Shown: positions 1-10,617, counted from the first letter of the stretch. The stretch is 64,000 nt of DNA from Candidatus Heimdallarchaeota archaeon (GCA_019057815.1 JAHLWR010000007.1:1-64000), one strand, 5' to 3'. Notes: a model not told the origin generated them from the sequence alone. Numbers and translations: made by a program.

Positions 1-2500
1 TCTTTTCAACGGTATCTTCAAATGGTTCTAGAACTTGTATTTCTTCTATCGCAAATCTTACTAATGATACGATATTTGTTAGTAACTTCTTTGGACCTAC
101 TCCTCTTACCTTCGCTTTTTCTAATTGTTTGTATGCTTGCCATAACCTCTCTGTTGTCAGATTATAAGGTGGCGATTGGATTGCTTCTGCTAGTTCTTTT
201 ATATTTTTATATGTTAATTGCCTACTTCCATATGATTTGCTATATATTATTTGTAATGCTTCTATCTCATCTTTCTTTTCTTCTAAAAATTCTTTAAAAT
301 TCTGCACTATTGATTGAGCTTGTTCTATTGTAAATCCTGTTGCTATCACTTTATCTCTGCTTATGTCGTCTATTATCTGTTCCTTTCTCTTTTTTGTATC
401 TATCAATTTATTTCTCAAATCAGGATTATCAAAAGGTGCACAGGCTATATTTATTAGCTCTTTCTTAATTTCTAATATTTGTTCTTCTGTTGGAATTTCA
501 CTTTCATATCTCTCCCTAGCCTTTTCTTGTAATTTGTCCGGATCAATAACGTCAAGTAAATCATTAACCATACTTTGTAGGTTTTTGTCAGAAATGTTTT
601 CTATTGCTTCAATTTCTTCCTTTTCTAACTGTCTATTTAGTCTTGCTAATCTTCCAGCTAAACTGCTTATTCTGTCATCATCTCTTTGACCTAAAGCAAT
701 CTGTAGAAGTAAATTATCAAATGAAATACTCTTTTTTCTCTCCAGTGGTTGAGTGTCTGTTTTGTCATTCTCTGTTACTCCTACAGCGTCTACTATTACA
801 AAATGCGTTTTATGATATGCATCGGCTGTAACAGATCGCAAGTCATTAGAGTCTATAGTTCTTGTTCCTCTCCCTTTCATTTGGTCAAAGTAAATTCGTG
901 ATTTAACATCTCTCATGAAAAGCAAACATTCTAGTGGTCGAATGTCTGTTCCAGTGGAGATCATATCAACTGTTACAGCTATTCTAGGGTTAGGAGAATT
1001 GCGAAATTCTTTGATTAATGTTTCTGGTCTATTGCTTCTATAAGTAATCTTTTTGCAAAATTCGTTTCCTTTTGCAAACTCTTCTCTAATTATGTGAACT
1101 ATGTCTTCTGCATGCGAATCACTTTTGGAAAAAACAACAGTTTTTGGAACATTTGTTCTTCTTGGAAAGATTTCTGTGAATAATTTCTCTTTGAATGTTC
1201 TAATAATCGTTCTTATCTGATCTTTTGAAACTACCTCTCTATCAAGCTGTTTTGCACTATATTCTATATCTTCATCTATTTGCTCCCACCTTTTTTCTCT
1301 TGTTAGTCTGTCTCTTTTGGAAATGATGTGACCAGCAGAAATAGTACTCCCTGCTTTAGTTATCTGCGTTCTTATCTGATAAACTTCATAACCTACATTG
1401 ACATTATCCGCTACAGCTCTCTCATGATTGTATTCCATAACCAGATTCTGATTGAAGAAGGCATAAGTGTGACTTGCTGGAGTAGCAGTTAAACCTATAA
1501 TAAATGCGTCAAAATACTCCAATACTTGTCTCCATTTGTTGTAAATTGACCTATGACATTCATCGACAATAACAAAATCGTAAGATTCTATAGGAATAAA
1601 AGTATTGTAACTCACTTCTACTGGTCTTTCATCTCCAACTGAAAAATGAAATAGTGACTCTTCTTCCAAATTACCTTCAAACTCTTCCTCTCCTTTGAGC
1701 ATAGAAAACAGTCTCTGAATGGTAGTAATTGTTACTTTACAAACATCATCTATAACATTAGATGATAGTAGTTGAACATTATACAAATCGGTAAATTTCC
1801 TTCCATCATCAGGAGTAACATATTGTTGAAATTCTCGAAGAGTTTGACGACCTAGATTTCTTCTATCAACTAAGAAGAGAACCCTTTTCGCTCCTGCGAA
1901 TTTTATCAATCTGTAAATCGAACTAACAGCTGTATATGTCTTTCCACTCCCTGTTGCCATCTGGATTAAAGCTCTTGGTCGTGCTTCAGAGAAAGATTGT
2001 TCCAGATTTCCAATTGCTTCAACCTGACATTTTCTTAGCCCTTCAGTTATCAATTCAGGCATGTTCTGCAATCTTTTTCTAAGTGTTTCTTTTTCTGCAA
2101 GAATTTTCTCTAACTCTTGTGGTTGGTGAAAACTGAAAACCAATCTAGACCTTGGGTTAGGGTCACGAAGATCTCTAAAAAATGTTTCATATCCTGTAGT
2201 TTCATATGCAAATGGAAGAGGGTTTATATGTTCAATGTTGTCAGGAACAGCATTTAGATATTTGTCTGATTGTTCAGCAACCCCACTTAAAGTAACGCCA
2301 GCTTTTTTTGCTTCTACTACACCTATAGCTTGACGATTGATAAAAAGTAAATAATCTGCATAACCAGATTTAAGAGGGAATTCTCTAACAGCTATACCTA
2401 TACCTGCACTAGGATTAATCTCTCTATAATTCTGTACTTTCCACCCAGCTTTTTCCAATTGTATATCTATGAGTTTCCGAGCTCTCTTCTCTGGTTCCAT
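1..2500 (-). CDS. hsdR: Type I restriction enzyme R subunit (EcoAI/EcoEI-like); 3' end runs off the window
   Basis: Manual translation from ATG at 2500: MEPEKRARKLIDIQLEKAGW..GYADYLLF..VVEAKK (nuclease), MATGSGKT (Walker A), IVDECHRS, GLTATP, QMKGRGTR. Same frame still reads as HsdR at positions 1-300. Absent from the ORF track because no stop lies in the window. Confidence 0.95.
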   Translation of the reverse strand, partial: MEPEKRARKLIDIQLEKAGWKVQNYREINPSAGIGIAVREFPLKSGYADYLLFINRQAIGVVEAKKAGVTLSGVAEQSDKYLNAVPDNIEHINPLPFAYETTGYETFFRDLRDPNPRSRLVFSFHQPQELEKILAEKETLRKRLQNMPELITEGLRKCQVEAIGNLEQSFSEARPRALIQMATGSGKTYTAVSSIYRLIKFAGAKRVLFLVDRRNLGRQTLREFQQYVTPDDGRKFTDLYNVQLLSSNVIDDVCKVTITTIQRLFSMLKGEEEFEGNLEEESLFHFSVGDERPVEVSYNTFIPIESYDFVIVDECHRSIYNKWRQVLEYFDAFIIGLTATPASHTYAFFNQNLVMEYNHERAVADNVNVGYEVYQIRTQITKAGSTISAGHIISKRDRLTREKRWEQIDEDIEYSAKQLDREVVSKDQIRTIIRTFKEKLFTEIFPRRTNVPKTVVFSKSDSHAEDIVHIIREEFAKGNEFCKKITYRSNRPETLIKEFRNSPNPRIAVTVDMISTGTDIRPLECLLFMRDVKSRIYFDQMKGRGTRTIDSNDLRSVTADAYHKTHFVIVDAVGVTENDKTDTQPLERKKSISFDNLLLQIALGQRDDDRISSLAGRLARLNRQLEKEEIEAIENISDKNLQSMVNDLLDVIDPDKLQEKARERYESEIPTEEQILEIKKELINIACAPFDNPDLRNKLIDTKKRKEQIIDDISRDKVIATGFTIEQAQSIVQNFKEFLEEKKDEIEALQIIYSKSYGSRQLTYKNIKELAEAIQSPPYNLTTERLWQAYKQLEKAKVRGVGPKKLLTNIVSLVRFAIEEIQVLEPFEDTVEK

Positions 2501-2734
2501 AGCTCCACACTCTTAACTTAAGAGTAGATAACATTCCAAATTAAAAAACTTGTGCTATTACATGTTGGAATATTTTTCCTTTTGTATTTCGTTAAGAAAT
2601 GCTTTGCATTTAATTTGGGCATGTGTATGATTTCAACAAAATATGCATAATAGAATAGAAAACAGTATTAAATCATTATTTCTAGTCAAATAAGTTTATT
2701 AAGAATAATATGAAAGAATTACGGTTAATTCTTT

Positions 2735-3709
2735 ATGACTGAAAATGAATCTCAAAAACTATCTAAAAAAATTGGAAATTTAATAAAAAAAGAATGGAGA
2801 ATTATTATTGGCTCCATTCTCATGGCAGTAATCTTTTTCATAGTGTGGTATTTAAATCAAAAATTCCAACCTTTTGAAATATTTGAACTAGAATCAGAAG
2901 TGTTAGAATTAATTACAATAATAATTGGAGCAATTGGGGTTGTCGTGACAGCTATAATGTTTTTACTTGTTCTTATATATATAAGAAAAAGGAGGAAAAC
3001 CTTAACCAGAGAAGTTGAAAAGAAAAGAAAATACTATAAAACCTATTATAAAGAATTCGATATAATTGATCAACCAATCCAAGAAGAATTTAACAAACTG
3101 GAGACAATTCAAACAGATAAAAATCCAGAAGAAGCAAAAGCAGTTTTAGAGAGGATAGAAACAATCACCTTAAGAAACTGGTTTTTAGAAGAACAAAAAG
3201 AAGAACAGATTAGGTTGTTGAGTGGTTTAGAAAAACAGCTAGAAATCTTATCTAGAACTCATACTGAGTATAATAAAAGTATTTCACAGACTATAACAAT
3301 GATTCTAACCTTCTCCGCTCTAATGTTTGTAGTAATAGGACTTCTTTGGAATAAAGATGTTTTTATCCAAATGTCAATAGCTGTAAAAAGCGTCCTTGCC
3401 TTTTTCCTAGCCCTTGCAATAATTCCTTTGATAATCATTATGATGAAAACCTTTGGAGATATTTTTCCTTCAAAAGAAACTGTACCTACAAAATTTGCTT
3501 TAGAGAGTTTACAATTGGATATAAAGCAAAGAAAAACAACCAATGAGATAATATTTGACTTATATTCGAGCGAAATAAGAAAGCTAAATGATGAACATAA
3601 TAAAAGGAGAGGAAGATTAGTTAATATAAAGAGAATGATTATGTTTTATACCTTCGAATTGCTAATGGTAATGGTAGTGACGGTCTTTCTTTTTAGTGGA
3701 ATTGTGTAA
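2735..3709 (+). CDS. Multi-pass membrane protein, possible defence effector
   Basis: 324 aa, about 5 hydrophobic helices separated by a charged coiled region; next to hsdR. Confidence 0.6.
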   Translation: MTENESQKLSKKIGNLIKKEWRIIIGSILMAVIFFIVWYLNQKFQPFEIFELESEVLELITIIIGAIGVVVTAIMFLLVLIYIRKRRKTLTREVEKKRKYYKTYYKEFDIIDQPIQEEFNKLETIQTDKNPEEAKAVLERIETITLRNWFLEEQKEEQIRLLSGLEKQLEILSRTHTEYNKSISQTITMILTFSALMFVVIGLLWNKDVFIQMSIAVKSVLAFFLALAIIPLIIIMMKTFGDIFPSKETVPTKFALESLQLDIKQRKTTNEIIFDLYSSEIRKLNDEHNKRRGRLVNIKRMIMFYTFELLMVMVVTVFLFSGIV

Positions 3710-3785
3710 AAGAGAATATAACAATTTCAGATAGAAATATTTCACATTTATATATTATTTTAAGAATATCTAGTATAGATAGATC

Positions 3786-4352
3786 ATGTTTGCAAAACAT
3801 AAAACGAAAGTAGCTGTTTCATTAATCATTTTCTTCTTTATATCAGGAATAGCTGTTTCTACAAGCGTATATTTTAGAGGATTGAGAAGAGGATATAACC
3901 AAGCAGTTGAAGATCTAAAAACACCCTATTTTGAAAACTGGGTATTTTTCCAAAATGAGAGCATAACAAAAAATATTTTCCCTAGTATTGGTTTTGAATT
4001 AAACTTTAGTAATGATATAACTGATCTAGAAATCAACACTTCTATTATGATATGGGAACCATCGGAGATATATTATTTAATGAATATATATGCTACTTCA
4101 GGGAATTTAACTGAATTTGGGTTTAAAATATTCTTTAACGATGCTGTATATATCATCTATCGGAAAAGAACAACACGCTATTATGAAGATGTGTATAATA
4201 CTAACGAAGGATTACCACTATTAGTCAACAGAGAGGACTATCCAGAAGGAATTTTTTATCCAAGAAGTTACATTAATTTTGTAGGATTTGAAGACGTTAA
4301 ACTAATTAAGATAACAATGATTGTGATTAGTGAAGTAAATGTCTATTATTAA
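3786..4352 (+). CDS. Hypothetical membrane-anchored/exported protein
   Basis: N-terminal hydrophobic helix followed by a beta-rich region. Confidence 0.6.
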   Translation: MFAKHKTKVAVSLIIFFFISGIAVSTSVYFRGLRRGYNQAVEDLKTPYFENWVFFQNESITKNIFPSIGFELNFSNDITDLEINTSIMIWEPSEIYYLMNIYATSGNLTEFGFKIFFNDAVYIIYRKRTTRYYEDVYNTNEGLPLLVNREDYPEGIFYPRSYINFVGFEDVKLIKITMIVISEVNVYY

Positions 4353-4383
4353 GAATAAAATGAAAAAAGAGAGATGAAATATT

Positions 4384-4736
4384 GTGATTACTGATCAAAA
4401 GAAAGAATGGTATAAAACACTAAAAATACTGGGAATAGCTTTTGGAATCTGTACTATTTTAGTTAGTATTGCACTAATATCTTTAGCAGTAAAAGGATTA
4501 ATAAACGAAATCGATTGGAGTTTATACACACAAATTAGCTATATAGGTCTTACAATTGTTCCTCCTCTTGTAGTTTATCCATTTTATTCAGTATTAATTG
4601 GAAGGTCTAATAGGAAAAAAAAATTATAGAGAGAAAAGAACCAAAGATATTTAGGTATTTTTTCATTTTTGGAGTTCTGGTGTATCTCTCAAGTGTTATT
4701 TTCATAACATTGGGAAGAACATCCATTCAAACATAA
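4384..4736 (+). CDS. Small membrane protein, probably frameshifted at an A9 tract
   Basis: ORF 4384-4629 has 2 TM helices and stops right after A9 (4615-4623). The shifted frame continues IIERKEPKIFRYFFIFGVLVYLSSVIFITLGRTSIQT* to 4736. Confidence 0.5.
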
Positions 4737-4758
4737 TATCTTCTCGGAAAATAAAAGG

Positions 4759-4960
4759 TTATTTAAGAATTTTTAATTTTTTAACAACTTGATTAACAGC
4801 ATCCATCCCCCATCAAGATAAACAGCTCCAAATAAAGCTTCAACATAGCTAGCTAGAATCTTATGGATCAATATCTGTATTATAACACTTATTAAGAGCA
4901 TTTTTACTAAATAACAACTTGCTTGGCATATCGTATAAAACCTATAAACTAACAGCAATT
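4759..4960 (-). pseudogene. RNase III C-terminal remnant
   Basis: KILASYVEALFGAVYLDGG matches the RNase III motif (LAD.FEALIGAIYLD.G). Frameshifts on both sides; N-terminal part absent. Confidence 0.7.
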
Positions 4961-4962
4961 CT

Positions 4963-6393
4963 TTAATATCCACTTCGTTCTGATTTAATCTTAAGTAATT
5001 CATCACGAGTAATGGGACGAGAACTTGCTTGAGCTCTCACATAAAATCGCATGTGATCTAAGTGATAGTATGGTTTTTCCTTTCCCTCAGGGACTATAAC
5101 AAGGTAAATGTGTTTATCGTCTCCAAGTTCAAAATGCATTATTTCATACTCCAAATCTGGCGGATCACACATTTTACCGACATAATCTGCAAGGCTTGTT
5201 TTGATTGTTTGAGGTTCTTTTTCTTCTCCTACATATTTAACACCATCATCTTCAACACCAACACAGATTATTCCATCATTTGTATTAGCGAATGCAATCA
5301 TTTCTTTTAACAGTGTAGCTTTATTAAATTCTCTCTTAAACTCTCTCTTTTGATCTTCTCCTACTTTTGTGAACTCCCTCAATTCCTCAAGATTATTTGG
5401 AGTTGTTATTCCTTCCAGTTTAATTGGACGCTGTCCTACAGATTGTTCTTGCAGATAGTAGGATGATCCTTGTTTTGATAAGACTACTTGTATTTGTTCA
5501 TAATCCTTATCAAGAACTATTTCATCAATCTCTTTATCTGTTGGAATTATTATCTCTTTATGCTCTCCTAAAAACCTACCACATCTGAGTAACATTTTAA
5601 GTACTAATGGCTTCCCAGTGTTGTTTATTACTTTAAATGAAAGTGTCTTTTTAGCAAGATGAAGCCACTCAATTTTTGCTTCATATAAAGGAAGCATGAT
5701 ATAAATATAGCTTTTACTGGGATGAAGACCAGGTGTATTGAAAAATGATTGGGAGAAACTAGAACTATTAAAATATGGATTATTTTCTGCAAAGAGAGGA
5801 AAAGGAAGATCACTCAAGTTAGATGATAGTTGCAAACTTATCTGATAAAAAGGCCAGTCAACATACTCATAGACATGAGATTCAAAATTCCAATCAACAT
5901 CTCTAATAACATCTACATAAAAATCTTGTTCTGCAAAATTAATAGACATTTCATTTTTTTCTTCTGCTTTGCTTTCTTTTAATTCTCCTTCTAGAGTGAG
6001 TTTTTTCAAGAGACTAGTAATATCTTCAAACTCCACATATTTTCTTATTAGCAAAACATTTCTTGTTTGAAATCCATAATCTGTAAGAGTTTCATCTGAA
6101 GAATAAGGATATAACCAAATAATATTTTCTTCTTCTTGGTAATTCTTTGGATGAGCATAAAAAACAGATGAAAAAAGTTTCCATTTTTTCTCATCTTCAT
6201 TTCCTTCCGAAATTAAAACAGCTCTCCATTCAATGCAACTATAATTGTATTCATATTCTTCTTTCCAATCGCTTAATCTTTTTATTAGATAAGCAAATTT
6301 TTTAATTTTTTCTCCTCTACTTTCTGGAAAGTACATCAACTTTATTAGAGTACTACTATCTAATAAGGTTTTTTTATAGCTGTACATTAACAA
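4963..6393 (-). CDS. Protein with C-terminal Schlafen/AlbA_2 domain
   Basis: GEDQKREFKRE..LKEMIAFANTNDGIICVGVEDDG..IVPEGKEKPYY..FYVR. Confidence 0.85.
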   Translation of the reverse strand: MLMYSYKKTLLDSSTLIKLMYFPESRGEKIKKFAYLIKRLSDWKEEYEYNYSCIEWRAVLISEGNEDEKKWKLFSSVFYAHPKNYQEEENIIWLYPYSSDETLTDYGFQTRNVLLIRKYVEFEDITSLLKKLTLEGELKESKAEEKNEMSINFAEQDFYVDVIRDVDWNFESHVYEYVDWPFYQISLQLSSNLSDLPFPLFAENNPYFNSSSFSQSFFNTPGLHPSKSYIYIMLPLYEAKIEWLHLAKKTLSFKVINNTGKPLVLKMLLRCGRFLGEHKEIIIPTDKEIDEIVLDKDYEQIQVVLSKQGSSYYLQEQSVGQRPIKLEGITTPNNLEELREFTKVGEDQKREFKREFNKATLLKEMIAFANTNDGIICVGVEDDGVKYVGEEKEPQTIKTSLADYVGKMCDPPDLEYEIMHFELGDDKHIYLVIVPEGKEKPYYHLDHMRFYVRAQASSRPITRDELLKIKSERSGY

Positions 6394-6491
6394 GTATAGT
6401 CAAATAAGAATAGAAATTACGAATGTTGCTCTAAACCTAACAAAAGAGTTCAGATAATTTAACTTATATAATAAAAAACTAATCGGAAATT

Positions 6492-8018
6492 ATGGATATA
6501 AATCCTGAAACGATTCTGAAGATACGCAAAAAATGGACAAAATACAGGTGGTATCCATTTTTTATTGCGATTATTTCTCTTATATGTGTTAGTATAGAAT
6601 CTAATGTGAGAAATATTGATAGAAAGGAAATTGTTTTTTATTTAATCACTATTGCGTCTGGTTATTTTATTATAGTTGTTACATTATCTGACCACTCAAT
6701 ATTTATCCCCTACCCTACAGATGAAGAGCGGATATTCAAATTTAGAAAAACTAATGTACTTATAGTTGATCCTTTTTTGGATTTAAATCCTAATAAAAAA
6801 GGAAAATTCAATAAAGAAAAAGAAAATTTTCAAGTGGACCATGTAGCTTGGAACGAATTAATGGATGTAGTAATCAGTAATTATCAAATGATTATATTAG
6901 ATATTGACGAAGATTTAATTATTTCATGGAATTTAGAAGAAAAAATAGCAGATTTAGAAAGAGATTTTTTAAAAGTATTAAGTAATAAGGGGACTATTAT
7001 TGTATTTTCTGGACACAGTACAATTAGAAAACGACCCAATCTAGCATTCGAAAAGCATTTTCCTAAACATGAATTGAATGTTTCATCGTTTTTTCCATTC
7101 ATTCCAACAAAGGATTATAATCCTCAAGAAGGTTCTCTTCGTGATTTTAATACTATGTCTGATGACCTTCAAGAATTATTTTTTAGTGAAGGTAAAATCA
7201 ATTTTCGGTGGTTCTGGACATTAGACAATGACGACTTTAGTGGAAATTGCAAAACACTTGCTTATAATACTCAAGGAGATATTATCTCTGGGATATTTTT
7301 TCATGAGAAGGGTTCTGTTTTTGTAATTCCTCGATCAGATGACAATCGCAAAATTATTAAAAACATACTAAGCAATGTTCTTCTGCTAGATAACATAGTT
7401 AACCATATATTGGAAACTGATGACATAGATTTTTCCAGAGAGGAAACCCCTCTATGGGTCGAAGATTATAATGTTCTCAGAAAAGAGAAACTTCTGCAAG
7501 AAATTCAACATAAAGAAGATCAAGTAAAGGATATTGAAAGAATCAAGAAACTACTCTATAGTAAAGGTAGAACATTGGAAAAAACTGTACGTATAGTTCT
7601 GGAATCTTTTGATTTTAGCAATTTCAGTAAAACAAAAGAGAAGGTAGATTTAATTTTTGAAGATGGAAGTGTAAGATTTGTTTCTGAAATTAAAGGTTTA
7701 GATAAAGTAACAAAACCTAAAAATGTTACACAACTATATAAATGGATTGAAAATGAAAGGCAAAAACAACCTCTAAAAGAAGTTAAGTTAAAGGGTTTGT
7801 TCATCTGTAATACTGAAAGAAAAAAGAGACCAGAAGAAAGAGAAAAACCTTTTCATAAGAATCTCATTCAAGAAGCTAAAGAAAATGGTTGGGGTCTTTT
7901 AACAACTTTGGAATTGTTTCATGCCTATGAGCTGTTTTGTGAGGGAGAGCTTTCAAGTGAGGACATAAAAAAATCAATGATTACACAAGTAGGTGTAATT
8001 GTCTTAACCAAAAAATAA
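6492..8018 (+). CDS. Membrane-anchored protein with C-terminal PD-(D/E)xK restriction-endonuclease-like domain
   Basis: 2 N-terminal TM helices, middle alpha/beta domain, coiled coil, then LEKTVR..VDLIF..SEIKG..QLYKW..GLFICN. Confidence 0.65.
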   Translation: MDINPETILKIRKKWTKYRWYPFFIAIISLICVSIESNVRNIDRKEIVFYLITIASGYFIIVVTLSDHSIFIPYPTDEERIFKFRKTNVLIVDPFLDLNPNKKGKFNKEKENFQVDHVAWNELMDVVISNYQMIILDIDEDLIISWNLEEKIADLERDFLKVLSNKGTIIVFSGHSTIRKRPNLAFEKHFPKHELNVSSFFPFIPTKDYNPQEGSLRDFNTMSDDLQELFFSEGKINFRWFWTLDNDDFSGNCKTLAYNTQGDIISGIFFHEKGSVFVIPRSDDNRKIIKNILSNVLLLDNIVNHILETDDIDFSREETPLWVEDYNVLRKEKLLQEIQHKEDQVKDIERIKKLLYSKGRTLEKTVRIVLESFDFSNFSKTKEKVDLIFEDGSVRFVSEIKGLDKVTKPKNVTQLYKWIENERQKQPLKEVKLKGLFICNTERKKRPEEREKPFHKNLIQEAKENGWGLLTTLELFHAYELFCEGELSSEDIKKSMITQVGVIVLTKK

Positions 8019-8083
8019 ATAACTAATTTCTCAGAATTCTTTTTGTCGGAAACTTGAGAATTTCCCGTTTTTAGACCCCAGTC

Positions 8084-8190
8084 TTATTTTTTTATTTCTC
8101 TTCACGTCTTACAGAATTTATCCTCTCTTCGTGATTGATCTCCACAATTTGAACAGAAAATGTTGGAGGGTGAGATAATTCTTAAACCTA
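8084..8190 (-). pseudogene. Zinc-ribbon C-terminal remnant
   Basis: Reads IFCSNCGDQSRREDKFCKT*REIKK; the expected fourth Cys is a TGA. Confidence 0.5.
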
Positions 8191-8279
8191 ATAAAATGTA
8201 TCAGAACAGTCCATAAATGCTTCTAATTCATCTGTAGAAAGCCAATATGCTTAAGACTTATGAGAGAAATAAGTATTAG

Positions 8280-9191
8280 ATGAGTAAAGTGGAACAGATA
8301 ACTAAAAGAAAGTTAATTATGGTTAAACAAATTTTCAATGAAGCTCTTTTTCATTCAGAAAGGAAGAGCAATTCAGCTTCTCGAATTCTAACGATCATTG
8401 GATTTGATTTAGCAGTGGAAACAATTCTTAAAACTGTATATAGCACACTTGAAGAAAAAAATAAACCTAAGGAGAACTTTCTTGCACTTGTAGAACAGGT
8501 AGAGAAAATTCTAAATCAAGAAGGTATAGGTTCAATTCCAAAAAGAAGAGAGATATTCTATGTTCACGAAATTAGGAACATTGCACAACATAAAGCAAGA
8601 TACCCAACTTCAAATGAAATAGATGAAGCTCGAATATATATTAGGGATTTTTTGAAGGATATAATTTCACAAGTTTGGAACATTAGTTTTTTCGAATTAA
8701 GTTTTATAGATTTTATAAGAAATGATGAAATTCGAAGATTACTAACAGATTCAGAACAAGAGCTTAGAAATAATAAATATATAGAATGTGTTAAGAAATC
8801 TGCATATGCCTTGGAGCTAACTCTCAGCAAAATAAGAGAAGACATTGTAGGCAATTCTCTTGATTTTACACGAGGAATATTTATGTTTGATAATAATAAT
8901 GAACCTTCAAATTGGCTTACTAACCAAACTGCTCTTCATGCATTCAGAAGAATGCAAAATAGTCTGTTATTTTCCTCTCTAGGACTTAATTATCTTGATT
9001 ATAGAAATTTCAAGAAAATTGCTGGAGACGTGCTTTTTAGTGTCACAGGAAAATACCTTCATATGGGATTCAAGGAAGATTTAACACAAGAGGACGCACA
9101 CTTTGTTTTAATGTACTCTATTGATACCATTAATAAGATAGAGGATTTGGTTGGAGATATAGAAGATCCTTTTGAGTTCAGGAGTTTTTAG
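8280..9191 (+). CDS. HEPN-domain protein (putative RNase/abortive infection)
   Basis: DLAVETILK helix and RNIAQH (RxxxxH) motif. Confidence 0.7.
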   Translation: MSKVEQITKRKLIMVKQIFNEALFHSERKSNSASRILTIIGFDLAVETILKTVYSTLEEKNKPKENFLALVEQVEKILNQEGIGSIPKRREIFYVHEIRNIAQHKARYPTSNEIDEARIYIRDFLKDIISQVWNISFFELSFIDFIRNDEIRRLLTDSEQELRNNKYIECVKKSAYALELTLSKIREDIVGNSLDFTRGIFMFDNNNEPSNWLTNQTALHAFRRMQNSLLFSSLGLNYLDYRNFKKIAGDVLFSVTGKYLHMGFKEDLTQEDAHFVLMYSIDTINKIEDLVGDIEDPFEFRSF

Positions 9192-9204
9192 AATCTACCT
9201 CCTA

Positions 9205-10617
9205 TTACCATGCTCCTTTTTTAGCACTTCTTTTTTTGTGCAGTTCGAACATATACTCTCTAATTTCCTTTGGAGTAAGCCATTTTGTAGATTCTCCTCT
9301 CCTCAATGGTATTTCATAGATTGATCTTCCCTTTCTATATAAATATGGACATCTTTCTTTATCAGCTAACAATGATACAATAAATAATTTCTTGTTTTCG
9401 TTATATGCCAATAATACAAATTCCTTTATTACAAAATCAATCCATGGATCACAGTTTGAATCGAGTGACTGCTGCAGATTATTCATGAAATCTTCAATTT
9501 TCGATTCACCTACTCCTTCGATTTGACCTTTTTTATTTACTCCTACAATTACTAATCCTTTCGATTGTGCATTTGCCATTCCTGTCATTTGCTTTCCTAT
9601 ATTTTTATAATGGTTTTCAGTCAGTTTTTCTTTTATTACACTTTTGAACTCAACTGTTTCATTTTCTTTTCCATCAATAAATCTTCTAATTTCAGATGTT
9701 GATAAATCATCCAGAACGATGAAATCCTCACTTTTAACAGAATATCTTATGGATTGACGATAATCTAGAATCCTTCCTCCTGGTTTTGGATTGTGAAAAT
9801 CACCATTAAAACCTGTGTTCAGAGTAGTTTGAAGATAGAATTTAACATTAGCAATATTATGCTTAAAAACTTCTTTTACACTGTTTGATTCAAAAATTAC
9901 TTCTCTCATCTCTTCTTTTCCATTAGTAAATTCAACATTCAAAACCCCAAATGGTTTCTCAATTTCTTTCTTAACCATGTTTTGAATCTCTATTTCTGCA
10001 ATGTTCCTGAGATACTCAAAACGCTTTATATACCATTCAAAATGTGATAGATCAACTATTAACGGATAACATACTCCTCGAGTAGAAGTGTCTTGTGTAA
10101 ACATTGTGTCTTTGTGTTTGAAAATACTTTTTGCAGCTGTTATAACGTCTGAATAACCAATATTACTTGCTGTAGAAAATTCTTTATCTTCAAAAATAAA
10201 ACCTTCTGCTTTTACTTGTAATCTATAACATGGCATATACATTCCAATATTTCCATATCTATCCTTAACCTTCAAGTTTTCTTCAAAAGGACGTTGTTCT
10301 GATTTTAAAGTATAAATTAAACCATCTGGATAGGTTATTTTTATCTCCCTATTCTCCAAATCGACTTCTAGGTTTTGAATGATATCTCTTACTTCTTCCA
10401 CTTTTAGTTTGATTCTTTCAAATATGAAATTGTCATTTTTGCTATAGTCTTCTATTTCTTTATCTTCAGCTAAGGATGACTTTGGATAAATGTAAGCAAA
10501 TAAATGCTTCTTTTCTTCTTCATCAATTAAAACACATCTATCCATTACAAAGTGATCATATCTATCTTTCCACAACTCCCAGAAATTGAAGAATTCTCCC
10601 TGATTATCTCTTTGCAT
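9205..10617 (-). CDS. Protein with C-terminal Schlafen/AlbA_2 domain
   Basis: ENETVEFKS..MTGMANAQSKGLVIVGVNKKG..PYLY..LRRGEST. Confidence 0.85.
   Translation of the reverse strand: MQRDNQGEFFNFWELWKDRYDHFVMDRCVLIDEEEKKHLFAYIYPKSSLAEDKEIEDYSKNDNFIFERIKLKVEEVRDIIQNLEVDLENREIKITYPDGLIYTLKSEQRPFEENLKVKDRYGNIGMYMPCYRLQVKAEGFIFEDKEFSTASNIGYSDVITAAKSIFKHKDTMFTQDTSTRGVCYPLIVDLSHFEWYIKRFEYLRNIAEIEIQNMVKKEIEKPFGVLNVEFTNGKEEMREVIFESNSVKEVFKHNIANVKFYLQTTLNTGFNGDFHNPKPGGRILDYRQSIRYSVKSEDFIVLDDLSTSEIRRFIDGKENETVEFKSVIKEKLTENHYKNIGKQMTGMANAQSKGLVIVGVNKKGQIEGVGESKIEDFMNNLQQSLDSNCDPWIDFVIKEFVLLAYNENKKLFIVSLLADKERCPYLYRKGRSIYEIPLRRGESTKWLTPKEIREYMFELHKKRSAKKGAW

Noticed and set aside
22-831. Plus-strand hydrophobic ORFs
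   Set aside because: Antisense shadows of hsdR.
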